A stretch of 64,000 nt of DNA from Acidobacteriota bacterium. GTDB lineage: Bacteria > Acidobacteriota > Vicinamibacteria > Vicinamibacterales > CAVVIG01. Under the pieces are notes generated by a model. The model saw only the letters and a program-made list of their open reading frames with translations. It was not told the DNA's origin and ran no database searches. Within the stretch, counting starts at the first letter, position 1, and each line of letters begins with the position of its first letter. The position numbers were made by a program, and so were the translations under genes. The stretch covers positions 11,123 to 75,122 of the forward strand of contig JAYTXA010000055.1 of the NCBI GenBank assembly GCA_043743165.1, written 5' to 3'. Shown piece after piece: positions 28,929-40,578 of this stretch.

Positions 28929-29578
28929 CTGGTGAACTCCCGCAGCATGGCGCTCATGCGCTCGATTTCCGCCGACTGATCGGCCACGACGTCCGCCACG
29001 AAGCTGTAGATGTCGGACTCCTGCGCGGCGCCCGGCTTCTTCATCAACGCATCGACCATGGTGATGGCGCCCTGGTGGTGCGCAATCATCCCTTCGAGGA
29101 ACAAGCGATCGAACTCCGGGCCGCGCGCGGCGGCCAGTTGCTGCATCTGCTCGGGCATGAGCATGCCGGGCATCATCGTGTGCTCGCCGTGATGCGCGTG
29201 CTGCTCGGGCGCGGCCTGTCCGCGCCGCGTCAACCATTGCTGCATCATCGCGATCTCGTCCACCTGCGACAGCTCGATACGCTGCCCGAGCCCGCGCATC
29301 TCCGGACGCGCGGCGCGCGTCTTCAGGAGTTCGACCATCTCCACGGCCTGCGCGTGATGCCCGATCATGCCTTGCATGAACTCGACGTCAGCCGAGGTGA
29401 AGCCGACCTTCGAGAGGTCGACGGCGCTGACCGCGTCGATGTTCTGGCTGGGTTGTCCCGGTGCACCGGGCTGGACGATGGGCGCGGCCTGCGGCGCGGG
29501 TACGGCGCTCTGGCAGGCGGAGAAGACGAGGCAGGTGGCTGAAGCTGCTGCACAGGCTGTAAGGCCAACGATACGCAT
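28925..29578 (-). CDS. DUF305 ferritin-like lipoprotein
   Basis: ADVEFMQGMIGHHAQAVEM; FLEGMIAHHQGAITM; FSAC lipobox. Confidence 0.9.
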   Translation of the reverse strand: MRIVGLTACAAASATCLVFSACQSAVPAPQAAPIVQPGAPGQPSQNIDAVSAVDLSKVGFTSADVEFMQGMIGHHAQAVEMVELLKTRAARPEMRGLGQRIELSQVDEIAMMQQWLTRRGQAAPEQHAHHGEHTMMPGMLMPEQMQQLAAARGPEFDRLFLEGMIAHHQGAITMVDALMKKPGAAQESDIYSFVADVVADQSAEIERMSAMLREFTR

Positions 29579-29597
29579 TGCGGTACCCTGCCCAAGC

Positions 29598-31304
29598 TTA
29601 CCGCGAGAGTCCCTTCCCTTCGGTGACGACGTACGCCGTGCCGGTTCCGACATTCTTGAACTCTTCGGTGCGACCATTGGGCCACGTCACCACTACCCGC
29701 TCGACGACGTCGCGGGTGCCGACGCCGAAGGTGACCGGCAGCTCGGACTGCGACAGGTAGCTCGAGCCGCTGCGGACCATGCGCGTCTGCGTGACGCCGC
29801 CGTGCATGACACGGACGGTCGCTCCGATCGCATCACGGTTCGACACCACGCCGCGCAGCGTGAACCGCAGACTCCGGTTCGCAGACGTGCGATCGTTGCG
29901 AAACAGCACAGCCGCGCCGTTGTTCGTCGTCATCAGCAGATCGAGATCGCCGTCGTTGTCGAAGTCGCCGACGGCCAGGCCGCGGCCGACGCGAGCCTGC
30001 TCGAAGCCGCCGCCCGCCAGCGAGGCGACATCGCGGAACGCGCCGCGGTCGTTCAGAAACAGGTGTGGTGGTTGTGCGAAGCCCACATTACCGGGAATGC
30101 TGCGGACGGTGTCGTCGATGTGACCATTCACAACGATGAGGTCCTGGTCGCCGTCGAGATCGAGGTCGGCAAAGAGACAGCCGAAACCGAGGCGGTTCTT
30201 CGACGGCAGGCCGACCCCGACGCGCGTCGCCACATCGCGGAAATGCCCCGGCTGATCGGCGCGGTACAGGCCGAGCATCTCGCCTTCGAAGTTGGTGACC
30301 GCCACGCTCGTGCGACCGCTGTTGTCGAAGTCGGCGGCATCCACCCCCATGCCGGCGCGTGCCTTGCCGTCCTCGCTCAGCGCCACGCCGGCGGCAAGCC
30401 CGACGTCCTTGAACGTGCCGTTGCGCTGGTTGCGATACAGCTTGTTCGGTTCGGTGTCGTTCGCCACGAACAGGTCTGGCCAGCCGTCGCCGTCATCGTC
30501 GAGCAGCGCAACCCCGAGCGCCTTGGAGCCCGAGTCGAAGATGCCGCAGCTGGCGGTAATGTCCTCGAACGTGCCGTTGCCGCGATTGCGGAACAGCCAG
30601 CAGGTTTCGCCTCGATACGCTTCGGGCGTGCAGTACGACTTCTGCCGGCCGTCGAGGCTGCAGAAGACGTCGCGTTCCGGCGACCAGCGGACGTAGTTGC
30701 AGACGAACAGGTCGAGGTGCCCGTCGCGATCGATGTCCACCCACATCGCCGACGTGCTGAAGGCCGACCGTCCGCCGAGGCCGGCCGCCCGCGTGACGTC
30801 GACGAACGTGCCCTTGCCAGTGTTGCGGAACAGGCGGCTCTGCCCGACGCAGGTGATGAAGAGATCCGGAAAACCGTCGTTGTCGAAGTCGCCGACGGCC
30901 ACGCCCATCCCGTACATCTCGACATCGAGCCCGGCGGCTTTCGTCACGTCGGTGAACGTGCCGTTGCGGTTGTTGTGGAAGAGGGCCAGCGTCGAGCGCT
31001 GACGCCGGTGCCCCGGCCAGTCCATGCCGTTCACCAGCAGGATGTCCTGCCAGCCGTCGGCGTCGTAGTCGAGGAACGCGCAGCCGGAGCCGAGGGTTTC
31101 CGGGAGGAACGTGCCGCCGTAGGCGCCGTTGTTGTGACGGAAGTTCAGCCCCGCGCTCTTCGTGACGTCGACCAGCCGGAAGCCGGGGCCGGCCTGCGCG
31201 GCGAGCAACTCGCCGAGCGTGACCGTGGCCGCCGCGCCAAGCGCCGACCGGCGAAGGAACTCGCGGCGCGTCACCGCGCGGTGATTCACGGCAGCATGCG
31301 TCAC
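29598..31304 (-). CDS. CRTAC1 family protein (FG-GAP plus ASPIC/UnbV), Tat signal
   Basis: TRREFL; repeated DxDxDG; NRDAIGA; GSSYLSQS; FGVG; start uncertain. Confidence 0.9.
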   Translation of the reverse strand: MTHAAVNHRAVTRREFLRRSALGAAATVTLGELLAAQAGPGFRLVDVTKSAGLNFRHNNGAYGGTFLPETLGSGCAFLDYDADGWQDILLVNGMDWPGHRRQRSTLALFHNNRNGTFTDVTKAAGLDVEMYGMGVAVGDFDNDGFPDLFITCVGQSRLFRNTGKGTFVDVTRAAGLGGRSAFSTSAMWVDIDRDGHLDLFVCNYVRWSPERDVFCSLDGRQKSYCTPEAYRGETCWLFRNRGNGTFEDITASCGIFDSGSKALGVALLDDDGDGWPDLFVANDTEPNKLYRNQRNGTFKDVGLAAGVALSEDGKARAGMGVDAADFDNSGRTSVAVTNFEGEMLGLYRADQPGHFRDVATRVGVGLPSKNRLGFGCLFADLDLDGDQDLIVVNGHIDDTVRSIPGNVGFAQPPHLFLNDRGAFRDVASLAGGGFEQARVGRGLAVGDFDNDGDLDLLMTTNNGAAVLFRNDRTSANRSLRFTLRGVVSNRDAIGATVRVMHGGVTQTRMVRSGSSYLSQSELPVTFGVGTRDVVERVVVTWPNGRTEEFKNVGTGTAYVVTEGKGLSR

Positions 31305-31930
31305 AGCGGGTTGATGAGACCGTTCTGCATGGCGTACATGACGAGTTCCGCGGTCTTGTGCACGCCGAGCGCGTTCATGATGCGGGCGCGGTGCACCGCC
31401 ACGGTGTTGGCGCTGAGCCCGAGGCGCGCGGCGATCTCCTTGTTCGACAGGCCGTCGCAAATCAGCTGCAGCACCTCGAGTTCGCGCGGTGTCAGGCGGG
31501 TGCGTTCCGCACCGTGAGCCGGTGTCCGCACGATGGCCGGATCGACCACCAGTTCGCCGGCATCCACCTGCTTGATGGCCGACGCGAGATCGAGGTCGAG
31601 CGCGCTCTTCAGCACGTAGCCGCGGGCGCCGGCGGCGAGCGCCTGCCGCACCAGCGTCTCCTCGGAGTGCATGCTGAGCATGAGGATGCGCGCGTCGGGC
31701 CGTGATTCGCGGATGGTACGGATGGCGGCCAGGCCGCCCATGCCGGGCATGGCCGAGTCCATGACGATGACGCGCGGGTCGAGTTCGGCGACGCGCTGGA
31801 CCGCCTCTTCTCCGGTGCTCGCCTCACCGACCACCAACAGCGCCGGGTCGTCTTCGAGGAGGCGGCGGAAACCGCGCCGCACCAGAGCGTGGTCGTCGAC
31901 CAGCAGCACGGTGATGGGTGTGTGTGTCAT
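31301..31930 (-). CDS. NarL/LuxR family response regulator
   Basis: LVDDHALVRRG; LTPRELEVLQL...GLSNKEIA. Confidence 0.93.
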   Translation of the reverse strand: MTHTPITVLLVDDHALVRRGFRRLLEDDPALLVVGEASTGEEAVQRVAELDPRVIVMDSAMPGMGGLAAIRTIRESRPDARILMLSMHSEETLVRQALAAGARGYVLKSALDLDLASAIKQVDAGELVVDPAIVRTPAHGAERTRLTPRELEVLQLICDGLSNKEIAARLGLSANTVAVHRARIMNALGVHKTAELVMYAMQNGLINPL

Positions 31931-33261
31931 GCAGGAGGCTGCGGGCGGATCGGCACGCGCAGGTGCACGAGTGTACCGCCAGAGGGGCCTGGAGCAAGCC
32001 CCAGCGTGCCACCCACCAGTCCCGCCCGCTCGCGCATCGTCACCAGACCGAGCCCCTGCCGCGGGTGCGGGCCACCGAGCCCCGCGCCATGATCCTCGAC
32101 TTGCAGGTCGATCTCGTGGCCGTTGCAGCGCAGGCGGACCCAAGCTTCCTGAACACCCGCATGCTTGGCCACGTTCGTCAGCGCTTCCTGCAGCACCCGG
32201 TAGACATGAATGGCCGTGGTGTCGTCAACGCGCGGAAACGCCTGGTCGCGCTCGTAGTGCACCGTCAGCCCGAGCTGTTTCTCGACGGTCGTCATGTACC
32301 AGTCGACCGTGCTGCCGAGGCCCAGCTCTTCGAGAATCGAGGGGTGCAGCGACTGCGAGAGGCCGCGCACGTTGTCGAGGGCGTCCTGCGCCACCTCGGC
32401 GATTTCGCGCAGGTCGCCCCGGAGCGGCGACGCCTCGGGGGCATGACGGCCCGCACGCCCGAGCATCGAGCCGATGGCGGTGAGAACCTGGCCGAACTCG
32501 TCGTGCAGTTCGCGCGCGATCTCGCGGAGCGTCGTTTCCCGGGCGTCGATGAGCTGCTGGGTCAGTTCGCGCCGCTGGTCGGACAGCGCCGCCAGTTGCT
32601 GGAACAGGCGCTGGTTCGACCGGATCAGGAAGACGCTGGTGGCGGCGATGGCAGCAAGCGACGCGATCAGGAACCAGCGCACCTGCCGCTGCACCGTGGC
32701 GTAGATCTCCTGCACCTGGCGCGCGGTCTCGGCTTCGCTCTCGTTGTTCAGCACGAGGAAGCGCGCCACCGTGGTGCTGATGGCTGCCTGCCGCGGCTGC
32801 AGCGACAGCCTCACCTGGCTGCGCGCTTCCATTTCGTTTCCCTGCGCCGCCAGCGCGAACATGCGCGACGCCGCATCCCAGAACTGCGTGATGGAGGTGG
32901 CCAGGTAGCGCGACTGCTCGGGTGTCCGGCGCGAGACGGCGACGGTCTCCTGCTGCTTCAGCGCGTCGTCGAGGTCGGTGCGGATCCGCTCGAACTGCGA
33001 CGACCAGGCCGCCACCTGGTACGCCTCGTCCGGATCGAGCATGTCGCGCATGGCCAGCGCGAGCTGGTTCAGGTCGCCCTGAATGCGCAGCAGTTGCAGG
33101 GAATCGCGACGGTTGCGATCGGTGAGGTCGGTCTGCAGCTGGCGCAGCCCGGTGATCTGACGCGAAATGTACACCGAGTACGCCAGCACCACGGCCAGCG
33201 TCACGACGAGACCGAGCAGCAAGGTGGCCGTGGGGGCACGGCTGGAGACACGCGAAGCCAT
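31927..33261 (-). CDS. Sensor histidine kinase (HisKA_3)
   Basis: Two TM segments; IARELHDEFGQ; QEALTNVAKH; EDHGAG; GLGL. Confidence 0.93.
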   Translation of the reverse strand: MASRVSSRAPTATLLLGLVVTLAVVLAYSVYISRQITGLRQLQTDLTDRNRRDSLQLLRIQGDLNQLALAMRDMLDPDEAYQVAAWSSQFERIRTDLDDALKQQETVAVSRRTPEQSRYLATSITQFWDAASRMFALAAQGNEMEARSQVRLSLQPRQAAISTTVARFLVLNNESEAETARQVQEIYATVQRQVRWFLIASLAAIAATSVFLIRSNQRLFQQLAALSDQRRELTQQLIDARETTLREIARELHDEFGQVLTAIGSMLGRAGRHAPEASPLRGDLREIAEVAQDALDNVRGLSQSLHPSILEELGLGSTVDWYMTTVEKQLGLTVHYERDQAFPRVDDTTAIHVYRVLQEALTNVAKHAGVQEAWVRLRCNGHEIDLQVEDHGAGLGGPHPRQGLGLVTMRERAGLVGGTLGLAPGPSGGTLVHLRVPIRPQPPA

Positions 33262-33380
33262 CAGGGCAGACGGGGCTCAGCTTACATCGCCGCCGGCGGT
33301 GGGCGGTAGGCGATGGGCGAGGGGATGGGACCTCGCACCGGTCAGCACGCCCACACGCACAGCACGTCAGATGCGTGCAA

Positions 33381-33797
33381 TCAGGAGCAGCCGGTCTTCA
33401 GGTTGTGCGTGTGGTTCCATTCCGGCAGGCTGCCGCCAGGCAGGTTGATGGTTTCGGTCTCACCGCACACGCTGTTCCAGTTGGCCACCTCGAAGGTGAA
33501 CGACGTATCCTGCGCCGGCAACACGAAGGTCACCGAGCCGCGCGCGCTCACAATCAGGGTCTGCTCTGCCGTCGAGGCGGACCACACAACCACCGGCATA
33601 CCAACCGGGCGCCTGCCAACTTGCAGGCCGTTGACCAGGAAGTACAGCGTGATCGTGTGTGTGGTGCTGGCGGGATTCGGCTTGTGGTCCTGCTCAGTCA
33701 GGACGGCCGCGGTTCCCGTGTCGAGCGACGGCGATGTCGGTGTTGCACTGCAGCCGATCGCCAGGGCTGCTATGAGGGCCAGTCCGATGGCTTTCAT
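33381..33797 (-). CDS. Hypothetical lipoprotein
   Basis: GAGGAGG RBS; MKAIGLALIAALAIGC lipobox. Confidence 0.75.
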   Translation of the reverse strand: MKAIGLALIAALAIGCSATPTSPSLDTGTAAVLTEQDHKPNPASTTHTITLYFLVNGLQVGRRPVGMPVVVWSASTAEQTLIVSARGSVTFVLPAQDTSFTFEVANWNSVCGETETINLPGGSLPEWNHTHNLKTGCS

Positions 33798-33862
33798 GAT
33801 GGACCTCCTCGTTCCCTTCGCTGCTCGTTGGTACTACAAGTTGCAGACCACAGCGGTACAGG

Positions 33863-33888
33863 AAAAAGGCCGGGCTTTTCGCCCGGCC
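33863..33888 (-). terminator. Intrinsic terminator of the ABC operon
   Basis: GGCCGGGC-gaaaa-GCCCGGCC-TTTTT on the minus strand. Confidence 0.75.
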
Positions 33889-33977
33889 GTGACAGCGAGT
33901 CCGACAGAGCTACCGGAAGTCCGGAGGTCGCCCGGAATCCGCCACCGGTAGCACGGCACACGCTCGTTCCCGGCGGC

Positions 33978-34001
33978 GTAGCTGCCGACCTTCAGGTCGG
34001 C
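33978..34001 (+). repeat. GTAG-type REP
   Basis: Identical to 18335-18358. Confidence 0.85.
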
Positions 34002-34014
34002 CGTCCTCCACCCG

Positions 34015-35205
34015 TCACAGCTCGCGCAGCGCCGACGGGATCGGCAACCGTGCAGCGCGCAGGGCCGGCAGCAACCCGCCGATGGCCCCCATCGTCAGCG
34101 CGTAGAAGAGGCCGAGCCCGAGCAGGTCCGGTGTCACGCGGAACGCGAACGCCACCTGGCTGAAGGTCTGGAAGTTGATCGTCGACGCCTGATAGCCGTT
34201 GAAGCCCAGATAGGCGGCGCCGCCGCCGATCACGCCGCCGAGCAGTCCCAACGCCATCGACTCCACAAGCACCGACACGACCACGGAGCTGGTGTCGAAC
34301 CCGAGCGCGCGCAGCGTGGCGATCTCGCGCGAGCGCGTGGCGACAGCGGTGTACATGGTGAGGATCGCCCCGAAGATGGCGCCGATGCCCATCAGCCCGG
34401 CAATCGCGAAACCCACTGTCTGAATGAGCCGCGTCAGCGTCTGCGACTGACCCGCGTAGTACTCGTTCTCGCGCCGGATGGAGACGTTCAGTTGCGGGTT
34501 CGCCGTGAGCCAGTCGCGGAAGGTGTCGAAGGTGTCGGGCGACTCGAGCTGCGCCAGGAGCGACTGATAGGAGTTGCCGCGGCGATAGGCGCCCTGCAGC
34601 GCCCGCGCGTCGCACCAGACTTCGGTTTCCGACACGCCGCCGTCGGCCTCGAACAGCCCGACCACCTCCCAGCGGTTCTGTCCCGACACCACGACGTCGC
34701 CGACCGCGAGGTTCATGAACTGTCCGTTCGCGCCGCGGCCGGCGATGACCTCGTTGGTGCCGAAGCGGAACATCCGCCCCTCGACAATCGAGACCTCCGA
34801 ACGCAGCGTCATGCCGGGCGGCTCGATGCCGCGCATCGGCACGTTGGCCGACGACCCGGGCGACGACTTCTTCGGCAGATCGATGATGACGTAGAGTTCG
34901 GCCGAGGCCAGCGCCACCTGGCCGTCGCGCGCCAGCCCCGGCGCCTGCCGGACGATATCCACTTCCGCGCCCGAGAGTCCGCTGGTCAGTTCGCTGTCGG
35001 CGCCGCTGCGCATGACCAGCGCGCGCCCTCGCGACCCGGATCCCTGCATGGCCGCAGAAAAGCCTGCGGCGATCGACAGCACGGAGACAAACACCACCAC
35101 AACGCCGGCGATGCCGACAATGGCGACGAAGGAAGAGCTCAACCGGGAGGGAATCGTCCGCAGGTTCAGCAGCATGATCGCGAACGTCTGCCGGAGCCAG
35201 AACAT
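34015..35205 (-). CDS. ABC transporter permease (FtsX/MacB-like)
   Basis: RSREIATLRALGF; four-TM layout. Confidence 0.9.
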   Translation of the reverse strand: MFWLRQTFAIMLLNLRTIPSRLSSSFVAIVGIAGVVVVFVSVLSIAAGFSAAMQGSGSRGRALVMRSGADSELTSGLSGAEVDIVRQAPGLARDGQVALASAELYVIIDLPKKSSPGSSANVPMRGIEPPGMTLRSEVSIVEGRMFRFGTNEVIAGRGANGQFMNLAVGDVVVSGQNRWEVVGLFEADGGVSETEVWCDARALQGAYRRGNSYQSLLAQLESPDTFDTFRDWLTANPQLNVSIRRENEYYAGQSQTLTRLIQTVGFAIAGLMGIGAIFGAILTMYTAVATRSREIATLRALGFDTSSVVVSVLVESMALGLLGGVIGGGAAYLGFNGYQASTINFQTFSQVAFAFRVTPDLLGLGLFYALTMGAIGGLLPALRAARLPIPSALREL

Positions 35206-35206
35206 G

Positions 35207-36351
35207 TCAGTTCCTCCGCAGCGCGTCGGTGATCTTCAGCCGCATGGCCGCGACCGCCGGCATGACACCGGCCAGCACGCCCATGGCCAGCATCAGGCCC
35301 CCGCCCAGCCACAGGTCGCGGGGGGGCAACGTGAAGACGGCCAGGAGACCGCCGGTCGGGTCGCCCTGCTGGGCGATGATCCACGCGAGGCCGAGTCCGA
35401 GCCCGCCGCCGAGGCAGGCGATGAACAGCGACTCGGCAAGCACGAGCACCAGGATGACCGGGCCGGTGAAGCCCAGCGTCTTCAGCACCGCAAGTTCGGC
35501 TGTGCGCTCGCGCACCGACTGCGCCATGGTGCTGGCGGCCACCAGCCCGAACATCACCAGCACGACGGACGACACGGCGATCATGATCGAGCCGATGTCG
35601 CCGATCTGCTTGGCGAAGCTCTCGACGAAGCCCTTCTCGGTGGTGGTCTTGGTCTCGGCGGACGAGTTCTCGAACATGGCATCGAACGCGCGGCTCATCT
35701 CCACGGCCTTCGAGCCGTCGGCAATCTTCACGATGTACCAGCCGACATCGCCGACGCCTAGCGTGCGGTTCTCCTCGAGGTAGTCGTAGCGGAAGAAGAA
35801 CTGCGTCTTGTCGATGCCGTCGGCAGCGTCGTAGATGCCGCTGATGTTGAACTCCCACACGTCGCCGGTCTTCGGGCGATAGATGGTGCCCTGCAGCGGC
35901 ACGCGGTCGCCCACCTTCCAGCCGAAGCGGTCGGCGAGGTCGCGCCCGACGATCGCCCCCTGCCGGTCGTCGAGCCACGCCTGCATCTGCTCGGGTGGCA
36001 GTACGAACTCCGGGTAGAGCGTCATGTACGGTTCAGGGTCGACGGCGATGTTGGCAAAGAAGTTGGCCGGGTCCTGGTAGATGCCGTTGAACCAGGTGTT
36101 GTGCGTCACCATCTCCACGCCTGGCGCCGCCTCGAGGCGCGCCTTGTAGGCGAACGGCAGCGGCATGATGAGGCTCACCTTGTTGATGAGCACGAGGCGG
36201 TCCAGCCCCGCAATCTCCACGCCGAGCGCGAACGAGTTCCGGATCGTCATCAGGATCCCGAAGAGCAGGAACGCGATGAAGATGGACAGCAGCGTAAAGG
36301 TGGTGCGGAACTTCCGCCGCCAGATGTTCTTCCAGACCAGCGGCAGGAACT

Positions 36352-36355
<4 letters not shown>
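35207..36355 (-). CDS. ABC transporter permease (FtsX/MacB-like)
   Basis: WKNIWRRKFRT; SVRERTAELAVLKTLGF. Confidence 0.9.
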
Positions 36356-37044
<689 letters not shown>

Positions 37045-37054
37045 GTCGGATCTC

Positions 37055-38269
37055 CTACTTCGTCACCACGGTCATGCCGGACACCAGCGTCGAGGGTGGC
37101 GACAGGATGACGCGCTCGCCCGAGGACAAGCCGGCGATGACCTCGAGCTTGTCGGCGTCGGCACCGCCCGTGCGCACGGCGCGGCGATCGACGACTCCGG
37201 CGTTCACGACGAACGCGTAGCTCTGGTTGTTCTCGGTGCGGATGGCGCGCTTCGGCACGAGCATGACCGGCCGCGCCGACGCGTCGGCCTCCGCCGTTGC
37301 CTGCTTCATGAAGGTGACCTTCACGCCCATGTCCGGCAGGATGCGCGGGTCGAGCGCCGCGAAGCCGATGCGCACCAGCACGGTCGCCTTCTGGCGGTCG
37401 GCTTTCGGGATCGTGGTGATGACCCTGGCCGCAATTTGCCAATCGGGATAAGCATTGAGCACGGCGGTGACCGGCTGCCCGTTCTCGACCCGGTTGATGT
37501 AGTTCTCGTTGACGTCGACCTCGATTTCGAGCGAGGCCATGTCGACCAGCGTGCAGATGCCGGTGCGGGTGAAGCCGCCGCCCGCGGAATTGGGCGACAC
37601 CATCTCACCCGGCTGCGCGTCTTTCGAGACGGCGACGCCGGTGAACGGCGCGCGGATCACCGTGTTGTCGAGGTTCGTGCGCTCGACGTCGATCTGGCGT
37701 TCGGTCACGCGCACCTGCTCGCGCGCCGCGTCGATGCGCGCCACCAGCGAGTCGACCGCGGCACGAGCGGTGTCGAGGTCGGCCGCGGTGTTCAACCGAT
37801 CGGCAGCCAGACGCTGCGCCCGGTCGAGCGCCAGCTGCGCCTCGACCAGCCGCACCTCGCTCTCACGGACGTTGCGGCGCGCCGCCTCGGCCTGCGCCAT
37901 CGCCAGCGCCAGCGACGCTCGGAACTGCGCGTCGTCGAGCCGCGCGAGCACCTGCCCCGCCGTGATGGCCATACCCTCTTCGACGTTCACTTCCACGACC
38001 TTGCCGGTGATTTTCGACGAGACCGTGGCGCGGCGCCGCGCCGTGACGTATCCGGAGGCGTTCAGCACCGAGGCCTGCACGCCGGCAGCCCGCTGGCCCA
38101 CCGCGGCGGTCTCAACCTCGCCCGGCTGTGGCCGGTTCAGGAAACGGAACGCGCCTCCGCCCACGACGCCGAGCAGCAGCAATGCCACCACCCATTTCAC
38201 CCAGGGGCGCGGCGGGGCTGCGGCAGGACGTTCGATCTTCAGGGCAGCGAGTTCGTCTTTGAGTGCCAT
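37055..38269 (-). CDS. Periplasmic adaptor (MacA-like MFP)
   Basis: ASGYVTARR, VEEGMAITAGQVLARLD, IRAPFTG. Confidence 0.9.
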   Translation of the reverse strand: MALKDELAALKIERPAAAPPRPWVKWVVALLLLGVVGGGAFRFLNRPQPGEVETAAVGQRAAGVQASVLNASGYVTARRRATVSSKITGKVVEVNVEEGMAITAGQVLARLDDAQFRASLALAMAQAEAARRNVRESEVRLVEAQLALDRAQRLAADRLNTAADLDTARAAVDSLVARIDAAREQVRVTERQIDVERTNLDNTVIRAPFTGVAVSKDAQPGEMVSPNSAGGGFTRTGICTLVDMASLEIEVDVNENYINRVENGQPVTAVLNAYPDWQIAARVITTIPKADRQKATVLVRIGFAALDPRILPDMGVKVTFMKQATAEADASARPVMLVPKRAIRTENNQSYAFVVNAGVVDRRAVRTGGADADKLEVIAGLSSGERVILSPPSTLVSGMTVVTK

Positions 38270-38359
38270 TCGGGTCAGAACATAGGACGGCCAAACCGCG
38301 GACGGCGTTCCGCGCATCGAGAGGGTAATCGAAGAACGGGAGGGCTGATCGACGGCACG

Positions 38360-38433
38360 GCGCACCTGACCAGCCTCCGCCAAGGCTACGGCGGTCCGCC
38401 GAAGCATCGCGAAGGCGGAAGGTGCGCGGCTAC
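38360..38433. repeat. Composite nested REP, second copy
   Basis: 72/74 nt identical to 18368-18441. Confidence 0.85.
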
Positions 38434-38446
38434 GGCGGCAGGCGGG

Positions 38447-39649
38447 TCAACAGGCCAGCGAATCGCTCTCGGCAAGCACGCAGCGGTCGCGGCCCTGGCC
38501 CTTGGCGGCATACAGCGCGCGGTCGACACCGACGAAGAGGCCATGCAGCGTCGAGAACTGGTCGACCACGGCCGCGCCGAAGCTGGCGGTCACGCGGATC
38601 CCACCGAACGGCGCGCGCGCCATCAGCGTGCGCAGGCGTTCGGCCACTTCCATGACGCGCGGCGCATGCGCAGTATCGACCACCGCGAGGAACTCCTCGC
38701 CGCCGTAGCGGCCGAACACGTCGTTCGTGCGCAGGCCGCGCGCCATGCGACGCGCCGCTTCCGCCAGCACCCGGTCCCCCACGACATGACCATACGAGTC
38801 GTTCACGGACTTGAAACGATCGATGTCGCACATGATGACGCTGAACGTGGCCTGGCCACTCGCGTATCGCCGCCACGCGCGCGCCAGCGCCTGATCGAGA
38901 CCGCGCCGGTTGAGGACGCCGGTCAACGGGTCGGTGGTGACAGCCTGCTGCAGCCGGCGCCGCTCGGCCAGGAGCCGGCGACCGTGAGTCAGCCCGCGCC
39001 CATAGGTTCGCGTCTTCTGCACCACCACAGACACCTGGCGAGCCAGCCGCTGGAACGCCGTGACGTGACCGGGCTGATAGACGCCCTGTTCCCGGCTCGT
39101 AAACAGCAGGAAGCCGAGCGGCTGTCCATCGGCGACGAGCCGGCAGGTCAGGCTGGAGCGGGCACCGTCCGATTCCAGACGTTGCAGCAGGTCGCTGCCG
39201 GGCCTGGCGGCCATGCGCGCCACGAGATCATCGACGATTTGGGGCTGATCGCCGACCGCCGCCTCGTAAAGGCCGCTGTCGACGATGGGCGAGGTGTGGC
39301 CGACGGGGATGCCGATGGTGCTGTCGTGCGAGCGCATCCAGTAGACCACGGCGGTCTTGCCCTCATCACCGAGGAACGAGCAGATCACCTGGTCGAAGGG
39401 GATGAAGCCGGCGAACCCCTCGAACAGGCGGTTCAGTACCGCGTCGAGCAGCTGGTTCCGCTCGGTGGAGATCTGCTTCACCAGCAGGTTCAGCTGCTCC
39501 TCACGCCGGGTCACGTCCGAGGAAAACGCATCGAGGGCACTGCCCAGGCGCTCGACCGGATCGAGCAGGTCGGAGGCGCGTGCGCGGTCGAACGCGGTCG
39601 GCAGGGTCAGCGTGGCGACGGAGCGGCGGGCGGCGACGGGGGAAGGCAT
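38447..39649 (-). CDS. GAF-GGDEF diguanylate cyclase
   Basis: TDPLTGVLNRR, DIDRFKSVNDSYGH, RTND I-site, GGEEF. Confidence 0.92.
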   Translation of the reverse strand: MPSPVAARRSVATLTLPTAFDRARASDLLDPVERLGSALDAFSSDVTRREEQLNLLVKQISTERNQLLDAVLNRLFEGFAGFIPFDQVICSFLGDEGKTAVVYWMRSHDSTIGIPVGHTSPIVDSGLYEAAVGDQPQIVDDLVARMAARPGSDLLQRLESDGARSSLTCRLVADGQPLGFLLFTSREQGVYQPGHVTAFQRLARQVSVVVQKTRTYGRGLTHGRRLLAERRRLQQAVTTDPLTGVLNRRGLDQALARAWRRYASGQATFSVIMCDIDRFKSVNDSYGHVVGDRVLAEAARRMARGLRTNDVFGRYGGEEFLAVVDTAHAPRVMEVAERLRTLMARAPFGGIRVTASFGAAVVDQFSTLHGLFVGVDRALYAAKGQGRDRCVLAESDSLAC

Positions 39650-39792
39650 GCCTGATCAGGTAGCATCGGCGCTGCCGGACGGCCGAGTCGCCTGCATTCA
39701 CACGAATTCGCGATTTTGCCCAATCTGCAGGTGTCGGTCCGCCGACACATTGACGGCCTCAAGTCCAGCGCGGACGTGCCGATTACCGGTTC

Positions 39793-40563
39793 CTAGGGAA
39801 TCGTGATGTCGCGGACGTAGTACGGAACGGCCGTCACACCGAGCAGCACCTGCGACCCATCGAACAGCGGCGCCAGCGCCGGACCGGTGGCACTGAAGGA
39901 CAACTGCCTCACCCGATCGGAGGCGTTCGCGCTCCGCACGACATCGGTGGCCTGATCGATGTGATAGGTGCGCTGGAACTCGGGTCGGCGCCCCGAACGC
40001 ACCACGCTGTCCGCGTGGCTTCTCGTCGCGGCTCCGCGCGCGTAGGTCACTCGCAGTTCCACCCGCTCCCCCGTCGTCGCCACGAACGTCCAGGCTTCGC
40101 GCACCTCGGCCGGCGTCTCGGCCTCGCCGCTCGTCGTGCGTTCGAGGGTGGCGGTCGCCGCCGTGAGATAGACGCCGTAGGCGCCGGCGCCTTCGGGCGA
40201 GAGACCGCTGATGATGAGCGTGTTGGCCTGGCCGGTCTCCGCGTTGCGCGCCGGAGCCCCCAGCACCATGTAGCGCGATGTGCCGGTGCGCAGCGGCTTT
40301 CCCTGCGGGTCCAGCACGACCTGCCGTTCCATCATGGTCACGTTCAGATTCGCTCCGGGGGTGGCCGGACTCGTGGACGGCGCCGACACCCATCCGGCCG
40401 GCAGCATCCGCTGCAGGGCGTCGGGGTTCACCGTGAACGCCAGGATAATGCGCTGCTCGCTGCTCCACTCCGTCACGCCCTGGGCAGATGCCGAGGACGG
40501 GACACAAGCCGCCAGCGCGGCGAGCAGCAACGCAACGACAGCGTATCGGGTCACTGGGCGCAT
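39793..40563 (-). CDS. Secreted hypothetical protein
   Basis: Signal peptide; typical codon usage. Confidence 0.7.
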   Translation of the reverse strand: MRPVTRYAVVALLLAALAACVPSSASAQGVTEWSSEQRIILAFTVNPDALQRMLPAGWVSAPSTSPATPGANLNVTMMERQVVLDPQGKPLRTGTSRYMVLGAPARNAETGQANTLIISGLSPEGAGAYGVYLTAATATLERTTSGEAETPAEVREAWTFVATTGERVELRVTYARGAATRSHADSVVRSGRRPEFQRTYHIDQATDVVRSANASDRVRQLSFSATGPALAPLFDGSQVLLGVTAVPYYVRDITIP

Positions 40564-40578
40564 ACGGCGCGCATGCTA

